DNA from: Promethearchaeota archaeon
GTDB taxonomy: Archaea; Asgardarchaeota; Lokiarchaeia; Sigyniarchaeales; SOKP01
Direction: 5' to 3'
NCBI GenBank assembly: GCA_030599585.1
Contig: JAUVNS010000001.1
Coordinates: 1 to 64,000, forward strand
Length of the DNA: 64,000 nt
Of this stretch, positions 29,533 to 40,598 are shown one piece after another. The notes under the pieces are model-generated. The model was not told the DNA's origin, searched no databases, and saw nothing but the letters and a program-made list of their open reading frames with translations. A program made the position numbers and the translations under genes. Each line of letters opens with the position of its first letter. The stretch's first letter is position 1.

Positions 29533-30585
29533 TTAACAAATTCTTGGAATTGGCTCCCCTAAAGGCATATCTACAAACCGGGTTCCACCTACAATCGTGT
29601 TTAAAAGTACTCTTTTTGGATTGTCTGCCTTGACTATACCGATTATCTCTGCTTCTTGTCCAATTGATGTTGATTTTATTTTATGTAAGATTTTTTCTGC
29701 TCGATTTGGATCTACAGACATAAGGGCTCTCCCCTCACAAGCAATCGCATAAGGATCTAATCCCAGCATTTCACAGATGGCATTAACTTGTCTTTTGATG
29801 GGAATCTTGTCTTCTTCTAAGGTAATACTTACATCCGATTTATTTGCCCAATCGTTTAGTGCACCTGCTATTCCTCCTCTTGTTGGGTCTTTCATTGCGT
29901 GGATGTGATTATTTTCAATTTCTTCCTTAAGAACATTATAAATATCAAGTAAATGCGCTACATCAGAATTCAAATCAGTTGAGATATTCAGTCCTTCACG
30001 GCTTCCAATTAATGCCGTCCCATGATCACCAATACTCCCTGTAACAATAATTTTATCACCCGATTTTAAATTATTATCTAGCACCTTTATGTTTTTATCC
30101 TTAATTCCAATGCCCGTTGTTGCCATTATCATTTCATTCAGAGTTCCCTTAGGCATCACCTTACTGTCTCCGGCGATAATCGCAACATTCGCTTCTTTGG
30201 CTTTGTTATTAAACGAATTTAGAATTTTGTTTAGCTGTTCGAACTTAAAACCTTCCTCTATTATGACTATCGATGTCAATGCTATTGGTTGCGCACCCAT
30301 CATTATTAAATCGTTTACCGTGCCACAAACGCTTAATGTCCCTAAATTGCCACCAGGGAAAAAAAGGGGATAAACTGTGTGCCCATCGGCCGTAATTACA
30401 ATTTCTTTTTCATAATCATCTAAAGGAATTGTTGCTCCATCGTCAAGCTCTTTAACTCCTATACCATTGTTCACGTTTTTGAACGTAATATTTCTAGTAA
30501 CAAACGAGATCAGTTCTTCTTGTAATTTTCCACCAGCACCATGAGCTAATGTAATTACATTTGAACTCACTTTTTTCATACTCAT
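29533..30585 (-). CDS. hypE: Hydrogenase maturation protein HypE
   Basis: HGAGG, FFPGG..G.L.V.GTVND, GDSKV, DPTRGG, C-terminal PRIC. Confidence 0.96.
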   Translation of the reverse strand: MSMKKVSSNVITLAHGAGGKLQEELISFVTRNITFKNVNNGIGVKELDDGATIPLDDYEKEIVITADGHTVYPLFFPGGNLGTLSVCGTVNDLIMMGAQPIALTSIVIIEEGFKFEQLNKILNSFNNKAKEANVAIIAGDSKVMPKGTLNEMIMATTGIGIKDKNIKVLDNNLKSGDKIIVTGSIGDHGTALIGSREGLNISTDLNSDVAHLLDIYNVLKEEIENNHIHAMKDPTRGGIAGALNDWANKSDVSITLEEDKIPIKRQVNAICEMLGLDPYAIACEGRALMSVDPNRAEKILHKIKSTSIGQEAEIIGIVKADNPKRVLLNTIVGGTRFVDMPLGEPIPRIC

Positions 30586-30660
30586 AATAGAAAATAAGAA
30601 AGAAAAATTAAAAGCATTTAGATTATAAAATCATAGCTTTCATACGAATTACAGTTTTGT

Positions 30661-32271
30661 TTAAAGTTTTATTCCGTAAGCGTCAATTATGTCTGGAAAT
30701 TTCTTGAGTTCGTTTAAATCTTCGCTAGAGACTGCTTCGTCTAGCGTAATAATTGAAATTGCGATTTTACCTATTTCTTTTCTTCCGCATTGTAGCCCGG
30801 CGATATTTATTCCTTTATCCCCTAAGAAGGTTCCGATACTCCCGATCACTCCAGGAACATCGTTGTTTCTTAAAGCAAGCATATAGTTCGAAGGAGCAAA
30901 GTCGTAAAAAAGCCCGTTTATCTCAGTAATTCGAGGTTTTTCCGAGAAAACTGTTCCAGCTATTTTTGTGATAGAACCATCTTCCGCCATAATAGAAATT
31001 TTAATGTAATTTTCGTAATTAATTGGTTTACCGTACTTTTCTATAATCACGTTAATTTCATTTTCTTTTAAAATTTCTTCTAAGTTAATATAAGTAATTA
31101 TATCTATTAACCTACCATCAAAAAGCGACTGCAATATCACAGCTTTAATTGGTTCAAAGTTAGTAAATATCTCTCCTTTATACTTAATCTTCACACTCAC
31201 AATTTTCGAAAGGTTAAATTGTGTAATGAACTTGCTTAAGGAAGCCCCTAATTCTATATAAGGCCGATACACATCAGCCATTTCTTCTGACATGTTAAAA
31301 GAAATATTAACCGCATCTACGAATATTTTGGAATTAAGAGCTTGGACTATTCTTTCCGCTGCTAATTTCGCTACTTCAATTTGAGCCTCAAAGGTGCTAG
31401 CCCCTAAGTGAGGCGTTGTAATACAGTTATCTAAGCCGATAAAAGGGGCGTCCTTGGGATCAACTGGCTCTTTTGAAAAAACATCAATACAAGCTCCTCC
31501 AATTTTGTGGTTTTTTAGAGCTTCGTATAGCGCTTGTTCATTTACAACACCACCTCGAGCAACGTTAACAATAATCGCTGTAGATTTCATTTTTTCTATC
31601 TCAGCATAACTAATTAAATCTTTTGTTTGGGCGGTTAAAGGAACGTGAATCGTAATATAGTCTGATCGAGCTAAAAATTCGTCAAAATTATCTAATAAAT
31701 CAACACCTAAATCCTGACCTCTCTTTTTTGGAACGAATTTATCATAAGCCACAGCCTCCATATCGAACGCTTGACATTTTTTTACAACTCCGGCTCCAAT
31801 ATTCCCTAATCCAATAACTCCGACGGTTTTCCCTTGCAATTCAGAACCTCTTAAGATTTTTTTATCCCATTTCCCTTCACGCATAGAAGAGTTCGCTTTG
31901 TAAATATTTCGCGCAAAATTCAACATGAGTCCGACTGTTAGCTCAACTACCGCGTTAGAATTGCCTAATGGAGTTATTAAAACAACAATTCCATGCGTAT
32001 TACACTCTTCAATATTGATGTTATCGTATCCTGTTCCAGCTCGAACAATCACTTTCAATTTTTTTCCAGCTTTAATTATTTCCGGAGTAATTTTAGTAGC
32101 GCTCCTAACTATTATACCATCGAATTGTTCTATAATGTCAAGAAGTTGTTCTCTACTTGTTTTGTCGTTAATCGTAAGTTCAAAATTTTTAAATTTCTTT
32201 AATATCTCAACACCTTCTTGAGCTAAACCGTCAGAAATCAGAAGTTTGTAATTTTTTAATTCCATAATCAT
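30661..32271 (-). CDS. serA: D-3-phosphoglycerate dehydrogenase (long form with ACT domain)
   Basis: VRSATK, RAGTGYDNI, GLGNIG, N.ARGG, TPHLGAST.EAQ, D.PG.IG. Confidence 0.93.
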   Translation of the reverse strand: MIMELKNYKLLISDGLAQEGVEILKKFKNFELTINDKTSREQLLDIIEQFDGIIVRSATKITPEIIKAGKKLKVIVRAGTGYDNINIEECNTHGIVVLITPLGNSNAVVELTVGLMLNFARNIYKANSSMREGKWDKKILRGSELQGKTVGVIGLGNIGAGVVKKCQAFDMEAVAYDKFVPKKRGQDLGVDLLDNFDEFLARSDYITIHVPLTAQTKDLISYAEIEKMKSTAIIVNVARGGVVNEQALYEALKNHKIGGACIDVFSKEPVDPKDAPFIGLDNCITTPHLGASTFEAQIEVAKLAAERIVQALNSKIFVDAVNISFNMSEEMADVYRPYIELGASLSKFITQFNLSKIVSVKIKYKGEIFTNFEPIKAVILQSLFDGRLIDIITYINLEEILKENEINVIIEKYGKPINYENYIKISIMAEDGSITKIAGTVFSEKPRITEINGLFYDFAPSNYMLALRNNDVPGVIGSIGTFLGDKGINIAGLQCGRKEIGKIAISIITLDEAVSSEDLNELKKFPDIIDAYGIKL

Positions 32272-32451
32272 TCATACCGTAAAGTTAATCGTAATTAAAT
32301 TTTAATTAAACACTTAGTAGGAATAAACACCGTAAATTTATTATCTTTTCGAATTAAGTAGATCGATAAAAACATGAAGAAAATATATTAAGAATACTTT
32401 AGAATAAAATAAAAGTTAAAAAATAAAAAGTTTAATTAATTAAAAAATTTT

Positions 32452-33798
32452 TTAATAAAATTCACAATCTTCAAGTATCATAGACAAATCTATGACCGGT
32501 AAGTCAGGTTTGTTTCGACTGGCAGCTAAATGTAAATTATTTTTACAAAAGACACAAGCGCTAACCAAAACTTCAGCATCTGTTTCGATTGCTTCTTTTA
32601 AGCGATCTTCGTTAATGTCCTCCCAGCAAGCTACAGTTTCATCTAAACGGTTATTAGCAATATCAAGTGAGATTTCTCCGTATAAGGCTCTTACTCCGCC
32701 TCCAGCACCGCAGCATAACGACATTTCTCTGTTATGTTTCATCTCGATAAACTTAATGCCTTCAATCATGTTCATTAGTTCTCTTGGCTCATCGTAAACT
32801 CCACAATATCGTCCTAAGTGGCATGGATCGTGATATGTGATAACCATAGGGTCTTCTTTCGTACGTTTCTTGTATCTTATTTTAAGACCTTTTTGTTTTA
32901 CGATTTTAGGAACAAATTGAACTAAGTGAGAAAGCTCAAACCCAAGATCTCCGCCAGCAAATTTAGTATATTCTGTTGTAAATGTAGAAAAACAGCCTGC
33001 ACAAGAAAAGACGAGTTCGTTTACTCCTAATTTACGGACCATGTCAAGGTTATATTCAACTAATTGAAGAGCTTCGTCTTCTAACCCAGTTCGGAACAGA
33101 ACCGACCCACAGCAGTATTCATCTGGAAAGATTAAGAACTTAACGCCTAGTTTTTCTAAAATTCGACTAGTTGCTGTGCTTAACTCGTTATTACGATACG
33201 AACTTGTACAACCAACAAAATATCCTACTAAATGTTCTTCAATATTGCTCGGCTTTAATTCTCCAGATTTTATTGCTTTAGTAAGGTCAGCACCACGCTG
33301 ATAAGCGTCGTATCCTTCTTTACAGGTTTCTGAATCACACCATTTATATCTATCAGTTCCATCTTCGAGAAACGGATTTTTATTTGTCAGTATCGAGTTT
33401 TTTAAGATTCCTAGTTTTTCAGGTAGAACACCTTTACGCACTGCAGTTCTTCTATAATTTTGAAAAACTTCTAATGTATCAATTCCAACAGGGCAAACGG
33501 TTCTACAATGGCCACAAAGCATACACTGATAGAGGGCAGGAATGATTTCTTCTTTATCGAAATCAAGTTCTTTTTTAGATAAGGCTCTGAGGATTCTATT
33601 GCGTCCACCAGCATAGTCTCTTTCAGAAAAGGTTATACTGTATACTCTACAAACGTTACGGCAATAACCGCATTGTATGCATCGCTCGAAATCGTTGTCT
33701 GTTTTATGTCCCGGATCAACTAAATTCTCTTGGTCTGGTGCAAAAAATCCTGAGACTGGAGAGCCAGTTGTTATTACATTTTTAATTTTTTCATTCAT
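32452..33798 (-). CDS. Fe-S oxidoreductase with 2x[4Fe-4S] and CCG domains (GlcF/HdrD-like)
   Basis: CIQCGYCRNVC, CMLCGHCRTVCP, YFVGC, CCGS, YHDPCHLGR, CCGAGGG. Confidence 0.9.
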   Translation of the reverse strand: MNEKIKNVITTGSPVSGFFAPDQENLVDPGHKTDNDFERCIQCGYCRNVCRVYSITFSERDYAGGRNRILRALSKKELDFDKEEIIPALYQCMLCGHCRTVCPVGIDTLEVFQNYRRTAVRKGVLPEKLGILKNSILTNKNPFLEDGTDRYKWCDSETCKEGYDAYQRGADLTKAIKSGELKPSNIEEHLVGYFVGCTSSYRNNELSTATSRILEKLGVKFLIFPDEYCCGSVLFRTGLEDEALQLVEYNLDMVRKLGVNELVFSCAGCFSTFTTEYTKFAGGDLGFELSHLVQFVPKIVKQKGLKIRYKKRTKEDPMVITYHDPCHLGRYCGVYDEPRELMNMIEGIKFIEMKHNREMSLCCGAGGGVRALYGEISLDIANNRLDETVACWEDINEDRLKEAIETDAEVLVSACVFCKNNLHLAASRNKPDLPVIDLSMILEDCEFY

Positions 33799-33827
33799 TT
33801 TTTTTTACCTCATTTAGTTTTATAATT

Positions 33828-35303
33828 TTAGGCTGCTTTGTAGAGTCGTTTTGCTATCCAAAATAGGAGTCCAACGCGCCAAGTTCTCATCTTTGCTTTC
33901 ACCAATCTATAATTGTTAACGAGATCTTTGGGATCAATTTTGTTTTTCATAGCTAGTAAGGCTGCTGCTTTTTCAGGATGGAATTTTAAAAAGTAGAACG
34001 TATTTACTACACCTAAGGTGTATAAACTGTCTCCATTTTCGTAGTTGTTTATAGTAATATCGTTAAAAACTGCTTTAATTCCGAAAAATTCTCGAGAGTC
34101 CTTAATATCCGAAAGACCGAACAATTTGATTCTGTTTCCTCCTATGGCTCCAGACATCATATAGAATGCTTTTCGATACTTCTTGCCAGCTTTTTCAAGA
34201 TAAAAGTTGTAAAAATCTTCAACTCTATTATCCGATACATAATATTCTTGAAATATCAGATTTTCACACCATCGGCCTAAGTTTAATTCAGTATCAGCCA
34301 TGTCTCTCCATTTTTCTTTTAGATACCATTCCTCAACGCTAAGTCCGTCTAACTTTGAAGCTGTTTCTTTCGCAAATGAAACGCTTTGAGAGGTCACACT
34401 AGAGTCGTCAGAATATACAGCATAGACAAAAAAGCCTCGTGATGGATAAGTCCAGTGAGCATATTTCTCAAATTCTTTATCTGAGAGCGAAAGGAAAAGT
34501 GGTTTACTTGCCTCGTTATTTTTTAATGTTCGAAAGAACTCACTTGCCATTTTAAATGTATTAAAACTATATCCTACCATTTCTAGTGAAGTTTTAAGAG
34601 AAGTAATTTCTAATTCTACTTCAGCAACGGCGCCAAATATCCCAAAAGAGCCTATAATATCATCAAGTGATAAATCTCCTTGAGAATCTTTAGTGATTGT
34701 TTCAGTAGAACCATCAGGTTTCACAAAAACAACAGATCGTAATACATCTTGCATAACTCCATTTTTCAAGACACCAACTCCTACTTTACCAGAAGTAACA
34801 ACAAATCCGCTAACACAACTAGATTTATAGCTAGTAGGGTAGCATTTTGGAGCTAATCCGTACTCGAGAAGTTCTTCCATGAGTTTTTGCCAAGTAATTC
34901 CAGCGTCGCATTTGACAGTCATGTTTTCCTTGTCAATGTTGTGAACTTTGTTCATTCGTCTTAGATCAATTATTACACCACCATTAGTAGGTGTAGAAGA
35001 AGAATAACACGAAGTTCCTGCGGCTCGAAGGGTCATAGGCATTGAATATTCATCGCATTTTTGCATTAATTTAGAAAGCTCTTCGGTATTACCAGGACGA
35101 ATTACGTGACTCGCTCGATATTCTGCTTTAAACTTGTAGTGATACTTCGATAACAGCGAAAGATCACCGGAAGTTGCTTCAATCTCGTAGATATCTGTGC
35201 TTACATGTGGTGAGACTATGAATTCTTCTACTTCTTTAGTAAATTTTGTCTTTCCAATTTCTTGGTTTTCATCAATTTTTGCTTCATTCATTTTTTTTTT
35301 CAC
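33828..35303 (-). CDS. FAD-binding oxidoreductase (GlcD/D-lactate dehydrogenase-like)
   Basis: VIRP...EE, RAAGTS, GG.IIDL..MN, GSFGIFG, K..IDP....N. Confidence 0.85.
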   Translation of the reverse strand: MKKKMNEAKIDENQEIGKTKFTKEVEEFIVSPHVSTDIYEIEATSGDLSLLSKYHYKFKAEYRASHVIRPGNTEELSKLMQKCDEYSMPMTLRAAGTSCYSSSTPTNGGVIIDLRRMNKVHNIDKENMTVKCDAGITWQKLMEELLEYGLAPKCYPTSYKSSCVSGFVVTSGKVGVGVLKNGVMQDVLRSVVFVKPDGSTETITKDSQGDLSLDDIIGSFGIFGAVAEVELEITSLKTSLEMVGYSFNTFKMASEFFRTLKNNEASKPLFLSLSDKEFEKYAHWTYPSRGFFVYAVYSDDSSVTSQSVSFAKETASKLDGLSVEEWYLKEKWRDMADTELNLGRWCENLIFQEYYVSDNRVEDFYNFYLEKAGKKYRKAFYMMSGAIGGNRIKLFGLSDIKDSREFFGIKAVFNDITINNYENGDSLYTLGVVNTFYFLKFHPEKAAALLAMKNKIDPKDLVNNYRLVKAKMRTWRVGLLFWIAKRLYKAA

Positions 35304-35307
35304 CTCA

Positions 35308-35916
35308 TCAGTATACGGGAGGAATGGGTAGATGTAATAAGAGCCCTAAAAGAAAAGCCCCCCACCATCCTGCTAACGTAAAGTATCCAGTCATTCTTGC
35401 GATATTTCGTTGCCCAGAAGCTCCAAATAAAAAGCTTGCGACACCTGTCATCAATCCAAAGGCTCCAAGAAATATATGAAGCGTGTGGATCATTCCGGAA
35501 TAGTTAAGTATTTCCGGTGGACTCAAGAATATTAATAGAATAACGTTAATTATCGTTATAATTAATGAACTTCCAGCAGTTAACCCGTGCCACATAACAT
35601 ATTTAGCTTCGTCGTATAAGACAAGAATCGTCCCAATAGATAGCAAAATTAATGCTGGTAACCCTAAAATTAGACCAATATGCCAACTACCAAAAATTGG
35701 ATCAAATCCAGGAGATTGATAATCAGCCAGTCTAAGAGCAAATATTTCAATACCGTCTAATACTACTATTACAGTCATCAAAACTCCGAATATCGTTGCC
35801 ATAATCCAAATGAGCGCTTTTTGTGTACCCTGTTTTCTATAGTTCAAAATGACAATCAGTGCTATAAATATTGCTACAGCTGCAAAGGAAAGGATTATTT
35901 GTATTTCAGGTTCCAT
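35308..35916 (-). CDS. Small multi-TM protein with intramembrane His (putative cytochrome b-like)
   Basis: About 6 TM; WHIG, WHG, IHTLH; operonic with the dehydrogenase pair. Confidence 0.6.
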   Translation of the reverse strand: MEPEIQIILSFAAVAIFIALIVILNYRKQGTQKALIWIMATIFGVLMTVIVVLDGIEIFALRLADYQSPGFDPIFGSWHIGLILGLPALILLSIGTILVLYDEAKYVMWHGLTAGSSLIITIINVILLIFLSPPEILNYSGMIHTLHIFLGAFGLMTGVASFLFGASGQRNIARMTGYFTLAGWWGAFLLGLLLHLPIPPVY

Positions 35917-36017
35917 ATATCTTTACCTTTTTTTTTTTATTTTGTTTAAATTTGTAGTTAAATTTTGATATTTTATTTAATCATTTATAATGCTAAATAA
36001 ACCTTGTTATTCCATAA

Positions 36018-36905
36018 TCACCTAAAAATTACACCTAAGAAGACTAATAAAAACCCAACTAGCATGTAAAGTGAAGCGATCTTGAAGATTAGAAACGTAA
36101 GTTTATTCGTCGGTTTTATCAAACTTTTGATTGATAGAATTATGATAAATAACGACATGACACCCCAGATAATTCTGATAATCGCATTTGCACCTAATAA
36201 TCTCGCAGCTTCGTAAAGCGCTACACTACTAAGAAACGCACCAATAGCTATTACGCGCATAGTCTGGGCTTGTGAACTAACAACAGGCCACATAGGTACC
36301 TTTGCTTTTTTATACCCCTCAAAATTTCTAGGAATTAATGCTATCGTAAGAATATGCACAGGTATCCAAGTAAGAATGAAAATTAGCAATAAAAATCCAA
36401 TCCAATCTAAACTCCCAGTTATTGCGACTCGACCTGCCCAAGCAGGGAGCCCACCGGCTATCCCTCCGAAGATAATACTATATTTAGTTCTTCTTTTTAA
36501 CCAGATGCTATAAATTACCACATCAAAGAAGAATCCAAAAAACACGATTAAAGCGGCTAACCAATTTAGGGTAACAAACGCAAGTAATATTCCTAAAACA
36601 GTGAATATGGTTCCAAATGTAAGCACTGAGGAGGCAGTAACTTTTCCACTAGGTAGGGGTCGATCTTTTGTCCGTTCCATGATTGCGTCGATATCTCTGT
36701 CTATGTACATATTAAGCACCGTAGTTCCCGATACTGCAAGATACAGCGAAATTGCTAAATGGAGTAAATTAAACCAGTTAATTTCTACTGCTAAACTTAC
36801 AGCCGTTATCAAATAAGTAAAAACACCAGTATACACTAAAAGTATTGTCTGTCTCGCTTTAATAAGTTCTCCGAAGAGCGTTAATATATTTTTAAAGTTC
36901 AACAA
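36018..36905 (-). CDS. cyoE: Protohaem IX farnesyltransferase (haem O synthase)
   Basis: NMYIDRDIDAIMERTKDRPLPSG, YS.WLKRRT, GG.AG..P...G, W.P.H, Y..A.VPM. Confidence 0.92.
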   Translation of the reverse strand: MLNFKNILTLFGELIKARQTILLVYTGVFTYLITAVSLAVEINWFNLLHLAISLYLAVSGTTVLNMYIDRDIDAIMERTKDRPLPSGKVTASSVLTFGTIFTVLGILLAFVTLNWLAALIVFFGFFFDVVIYSIWLKRRTKYSIIFGGIAGGLPAWAGRVAITGSLDWIGFLLLIFILTWIPVHILTIALIPRNFEGYKKAKVPMWPVVSSQAQTMRVIAIGAFLSSVALYEAARLLGANAIIRIIWGVMSLFIIILSIKSLIKPTNKLTFLIFKIASLYMLVGFLLVFLGVIFR

Positions 36906-37081
36906 TATCCCCGAGCGTTTACTATTATTATTCAGTTTATAAATGAAATAAATACCAAATAAAAGTTTAATAGTGAAATTAAGAATACTTTATAAAATTT
37001 TATTTCGAGAAATATAAGATTAGAATAGAACAAAATAAGAATAGAAAAAAATAAGATTAGAAAAAAATTTTTTATCCGATT

Positions 37082-38608
37082 TTAAGCGGTTTTTTCAGTA
37101 AGAATCAGAGGTTTAGATACTCCGTGAGCCGCTGGTGGTAAAGTTTTTACATTTTTAGCAAGCGCGTATAATCCGAGTACAAAGCCTGTTAAGAGAACCC
37201 ATACTCCTATAAATGTTACGGTTCGAAAGCCGTCGAAGTTTTCCAATCCTTGAAAACGTATCATATGCAACATTGCGAAAGGAAATGTTAAATTAACTCC
37301 GATAAAAAATGTCCAACCCAGAATTTGTTTTAACCTACCCTTAACCTTGAAAAAGTCAATAGCGTGTATCATCAGAGCCACAGCGATCATCACTGCCAAT
37401 TGGTGCCAGTGAGCAACATTAAAGTTATACTCCAGCGTTACCATAATAGGTAATCTATAATATTCATCTACTAAAAGACCAACATAGATTTGAGGAAAAA
37501 CTAAAATTTCTGCGATAAAAAGCAGGTAATAATACGACAACTTTACAGGTTCCTTAAACAATGCTTTAAGCTTTTGCCCACGCGATGCATCCCGGAAATC
37601 GTCTCCCATATGATCCTTAATAGTGTTCTTCATGCCAATAATTGACATAACAACCGTTACGAGGATCAATATACCTGCTCCGACCCATATTATGTAATGA
37701 TTTAGGACCCAAGCACCCCACGATAATGTTATAACGCCAATCGGAGTAATTACCAAGAGTCTAGTATAAAGTTTACCTGACATTTTACTCGTACGGAAGG
37801 CGACCAACATAACCATAGCGGCTGATTGAGCAAGCTGTATGTGTAGGTGACCAACTATCATGTCTTGGACGATATCGTGATGCCCGCCAAATGTTATACC
37901 TTTTCTGATGATGGCTTCTGCTAAGAAGGCAATAGGTTCCCGACCTAATCCCCAAATAGTACCAGTAAAGTTTTCAATAGCGGACAGAGCGCCATATATT
38001 GCCGAAACCATAATACATATAGCGAGGACACAAAGATTGAAGTATTCCAAATTTAACCCGCGAAAAGTCGATCCATCGGGGTTATGTTTTGGAAATCTAT
38101 TTTTCACGGGCCAAGCTGCTATAAGAAATACTAATCCACCGATAAAACACAATAGCATCCCGAACGTGAAAAGTTCGTGGAAAATTCTTAGACGTGTATA
38201 GGCAAAAATCATTCCGTTTATACCTACAAGAAACGCACTAGGTATAAAGAGAATTTTTAAGGTTGGTAACCACCTCTTACGGACTTCGTAGTGTTCTAAT
38301 ATCCAGAATGTGTTCGCGATAAAAAAGGGTAGCGCTAACGAGTGATATATCATGACAAGTCGAGCTGTCCTTGACATCACAGTGTCGTTAAGCATCCAAG
38401 GCCAGATCGGCTCTCCACCAATTAAAACGGTTAAGGGTTCAGAGAATGTCATATAGAATAATACTTGTATAAAGACAAAAGCGAACAACATAAAATGTAT
38501 CTTCTTAAAATTCGTTTCTGATTCAACTTTCATATCCTGTGTTTCCATTGACTTTTCTACACCAGTTTCCATTGGGACTGTTTCTGTTATTTCTGTTATT
38601 TTTAACAC
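37082..38608 (-). CDS. ~12-TM His-rich membrane protein, divergent haem-copper-oxidase-like fold
   Basis: YHS (TM2), FHE (TM4), GHLH (TM6), NHY (TM8), VAHWH (TM10); directly upstream of cyoE; start uncertain. Confidence 0.6.
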   Translation of the reverse strand: MLKITEITETVPMETGVEKSMETQDMKVESETNFKKIHFMLFAFVFIQVLFYMTFSEPLTVLIGGEPIWPWMLNDTVMSRTARLVMIYHSLALPFFIANTFWILEHYEVRKRWLPTLKILFIPSAFLVGINGMIFAYTRLRIFHELFTFGMLLCFIGGLVFLIAAWPVKNRFPKHNPDGSTFRGLNLEYFNLCVLAICIMVSAIYGALSAIENFTGTIWGLGREPIAFLAEAIIRKGITFGGHHDIVQDMIVGHLHIQLAQSAAMVMLVAFRTSKMSGKLYTRLLVITPIGVITLSWGAWVLNHYIIWVGAGILILVTVVMSIIGMKNTIKDHMGDDFRDASRGQKLKALFKEPVKLSYYYLLFIAEILVFPQIYVGLLVDEYYRLPIMVTLEYNFNVAHWHQLAVMIAVALMIHAIDFFKVKGRLKQILGWTFFIGVNLTFPFAMLHMIRFQGLENFDGFRTVTFIGVWVLLTGFVLGLYALAKNVKTLPPAAHGVSKPLILTEKTA

Positions 38609-38933
38609 CTTAATTTGTAATATAGATTAAAAAAGTATTTTTTTACTAATTAAATAATTATTGATTAATATATCTTTTGTTTAAGCGAAAAACTATGAGA
38701 GATAGAAGTAGTTACCCTATTCCTTATAAATTTAATAATTGAGAATGATGTAAAATAGAATTTTTTGATTGGGTTATGCTTTAGGATTAATAAACCTAAC
38801 GGATAAATGAGATTTATATACGAGATTAATTGTCTTAAATTGAATAACCGAATTTCAAGAGTAGAGGTTATTAGTAAAAAAAATAAAAAATAAAAAAAAA
38901 TTTATTGTATAAATGCATTTTAATTAATTTAGC

Positions 38934-39746
38934 TTAGTCTTCTAATTCAATACCTGCAATATCAAAGCCCCATCTTTTAGGAACGAATGTTCCCCAAGCA
39001 AAGGCTGCAATAGCTAACGTTAAAGCAAATGGAAATACTGATAGGACTATAAATAGATATCCGACTAATATGTAATTACCCGTATCTACTACCATCGTTT
39101 GAGCATCGTATGGGAATGAATACCCGAACAAAGCTGCAAGACCTATAAGAAGTCCTACTAGACTCATTATAGCACCTGCTGCTACGAATGCCCATGTGGA
39201 AGGTCCGTTTTCTTCCTTCGTTGTTATTGGCAGATAAATTATTAAAGCTGCGCTGGGAATGTGTAGAGCCAATACTAGAATCGTAGTAACAATACCGGGA
39301 ATCACTTGAAAACCGTATGTATAAGGAACGGCAATATTTGGATTTTTAAGAACCATTATTGCTACAGACATACAAACAACATACAGTAATAGGAGATTTC
39401 CGATCCTTGTCTTTTCAGGCTTAACATTTTTCCATAGACCTACCGCAAACAGCCCTAATGTTAAAGCTGAAAAACCGGCAGGTATCGCAGTTAGAAAATA
39501 CTCGAAATCACCACCCGGAATAGCTAAGTGGAGATTTATCCAGAGCAAAGCAAATGAAATACCCCAAAGGAAGTGTTCTTGTTTCCTACTATTGAAATAG
39601 GAAGCCAACAGAAATAATGCGAAAATTATTGAGATAATAGCTCCAATCCACATTACGACTTCAATCATTTGACTATTAGGATATCCTTCAAAGCCGAACT
39701 CCCAAGGACCCGGAGGGGGACCACTAGGCGGTTGAAATAACACCAT
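38934..39746 (-). CDS. Hypothetical ~7-TM membrane protein
   Basis: 270 aa, multiple hydrophobic helices, several His. Confidence 0.75.
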   Translation of the reverse strand: MVLFQPPSGPPPGPWEFGFEGYPNSQMIEVVMWIGAIISIIFALFLLASYFNSRKQEHFLWGISFALLWINLHLAIPGGDFEYFLTAIPAGFSALTLGLFAVGLWKNVKPEKTRIGNLLLLYVVCMSVAIMVLKNPNIAVPYTYGFQVIPGIVTTILVLALHIPSAALIIYLPITTKEENGPSTWAFVAAGAIMSLVGLLIGLAALFGYSFPYDAQTMVVDTGNYILVGYLFIVLSVFPFALTLAIAAFAWGTFVPKRWGFDIAGIELED

Positions 39747-39782
39747 TTTTTATATCACTTTTTTTTGTATTTTTTTTATTTA

Positions 39783-39904
39783 ATTTTATATTTATTTAAA
39801 AAAGTTTGTTTTGTAATTTTTTTTTAAATAATAGTAATAAATAGAAATGCTCTAGTATAAAAAGGTTTGTGATTGAAACCACATATGAATTATGATTCAA
39901 AATA
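39783..39904 (-). repeat. Left arm of a 122-bp perfect inverted repeat (imperfect extension 39764-39922)
   Basis: Exact reverse complement of 40599..40720, checked by hand including homopolymer lengths. Confidence 0.95.
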
Positions 39905-40598
39905 AGAATAAATCTTTAAATAATAGTTGTCGACACGGGGTAGATGTTCATCTTCCATCTGTAATCTAACGACGCTGCTGGTAAAGCCCGACCGAACGAA
40001 CAACGATAACACAACAATCCATGATATTACAAACACTGTTACTAGTTAGGCGAATTTTGTGTGTTTTTGAGGTTATTTTTTATTCACTATTTATTTTTTT
40101 TAACTTCGTTTTATATTTTACCTTAATTTTTACATATAAAAGTCTGTTTATATTGATTTTTTTTTCTTTAGTCTCAAGTATGTCGTTTTGAAATCGCTAT
40201 ATAATTATGATTTCTACCTGGAAATAATTTTTCCTTCCACTCTGTAATACCTTCTTCGATTTCTTTTTTGTGTTTTAGATGCGATCCACGGTAATAAGGT
40301 ATATAAGGATTCATTCTATTGGTTTAATTTACGTAATTATCCATTCTAAATTGGTTTAGCTCGAGTTCGATTATGTCTTCCTTGTTTTTGGCCCAGTAAC
40401 TTGGTTATTATCCCTAGACCAATCATCAAAGAATTAAACTTCTATAGATTTACACTTAAGTATCACATTTACAATCAAATGCAATGGGTTGGAATCGTTT
40501 TTGTCCCAACTCAACTGATCATCGTAGGAGAATCGTCTATTTTAGCTAATTTCTCGAATTTAACGGATGAAGTATTTTACTATTTAAAGACTGATTCA

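Noticed and set aside
39929-40020. GC-richer patch in the spacer as a possible ncRNA
   Set aside because: Only short helices found and no family recognised
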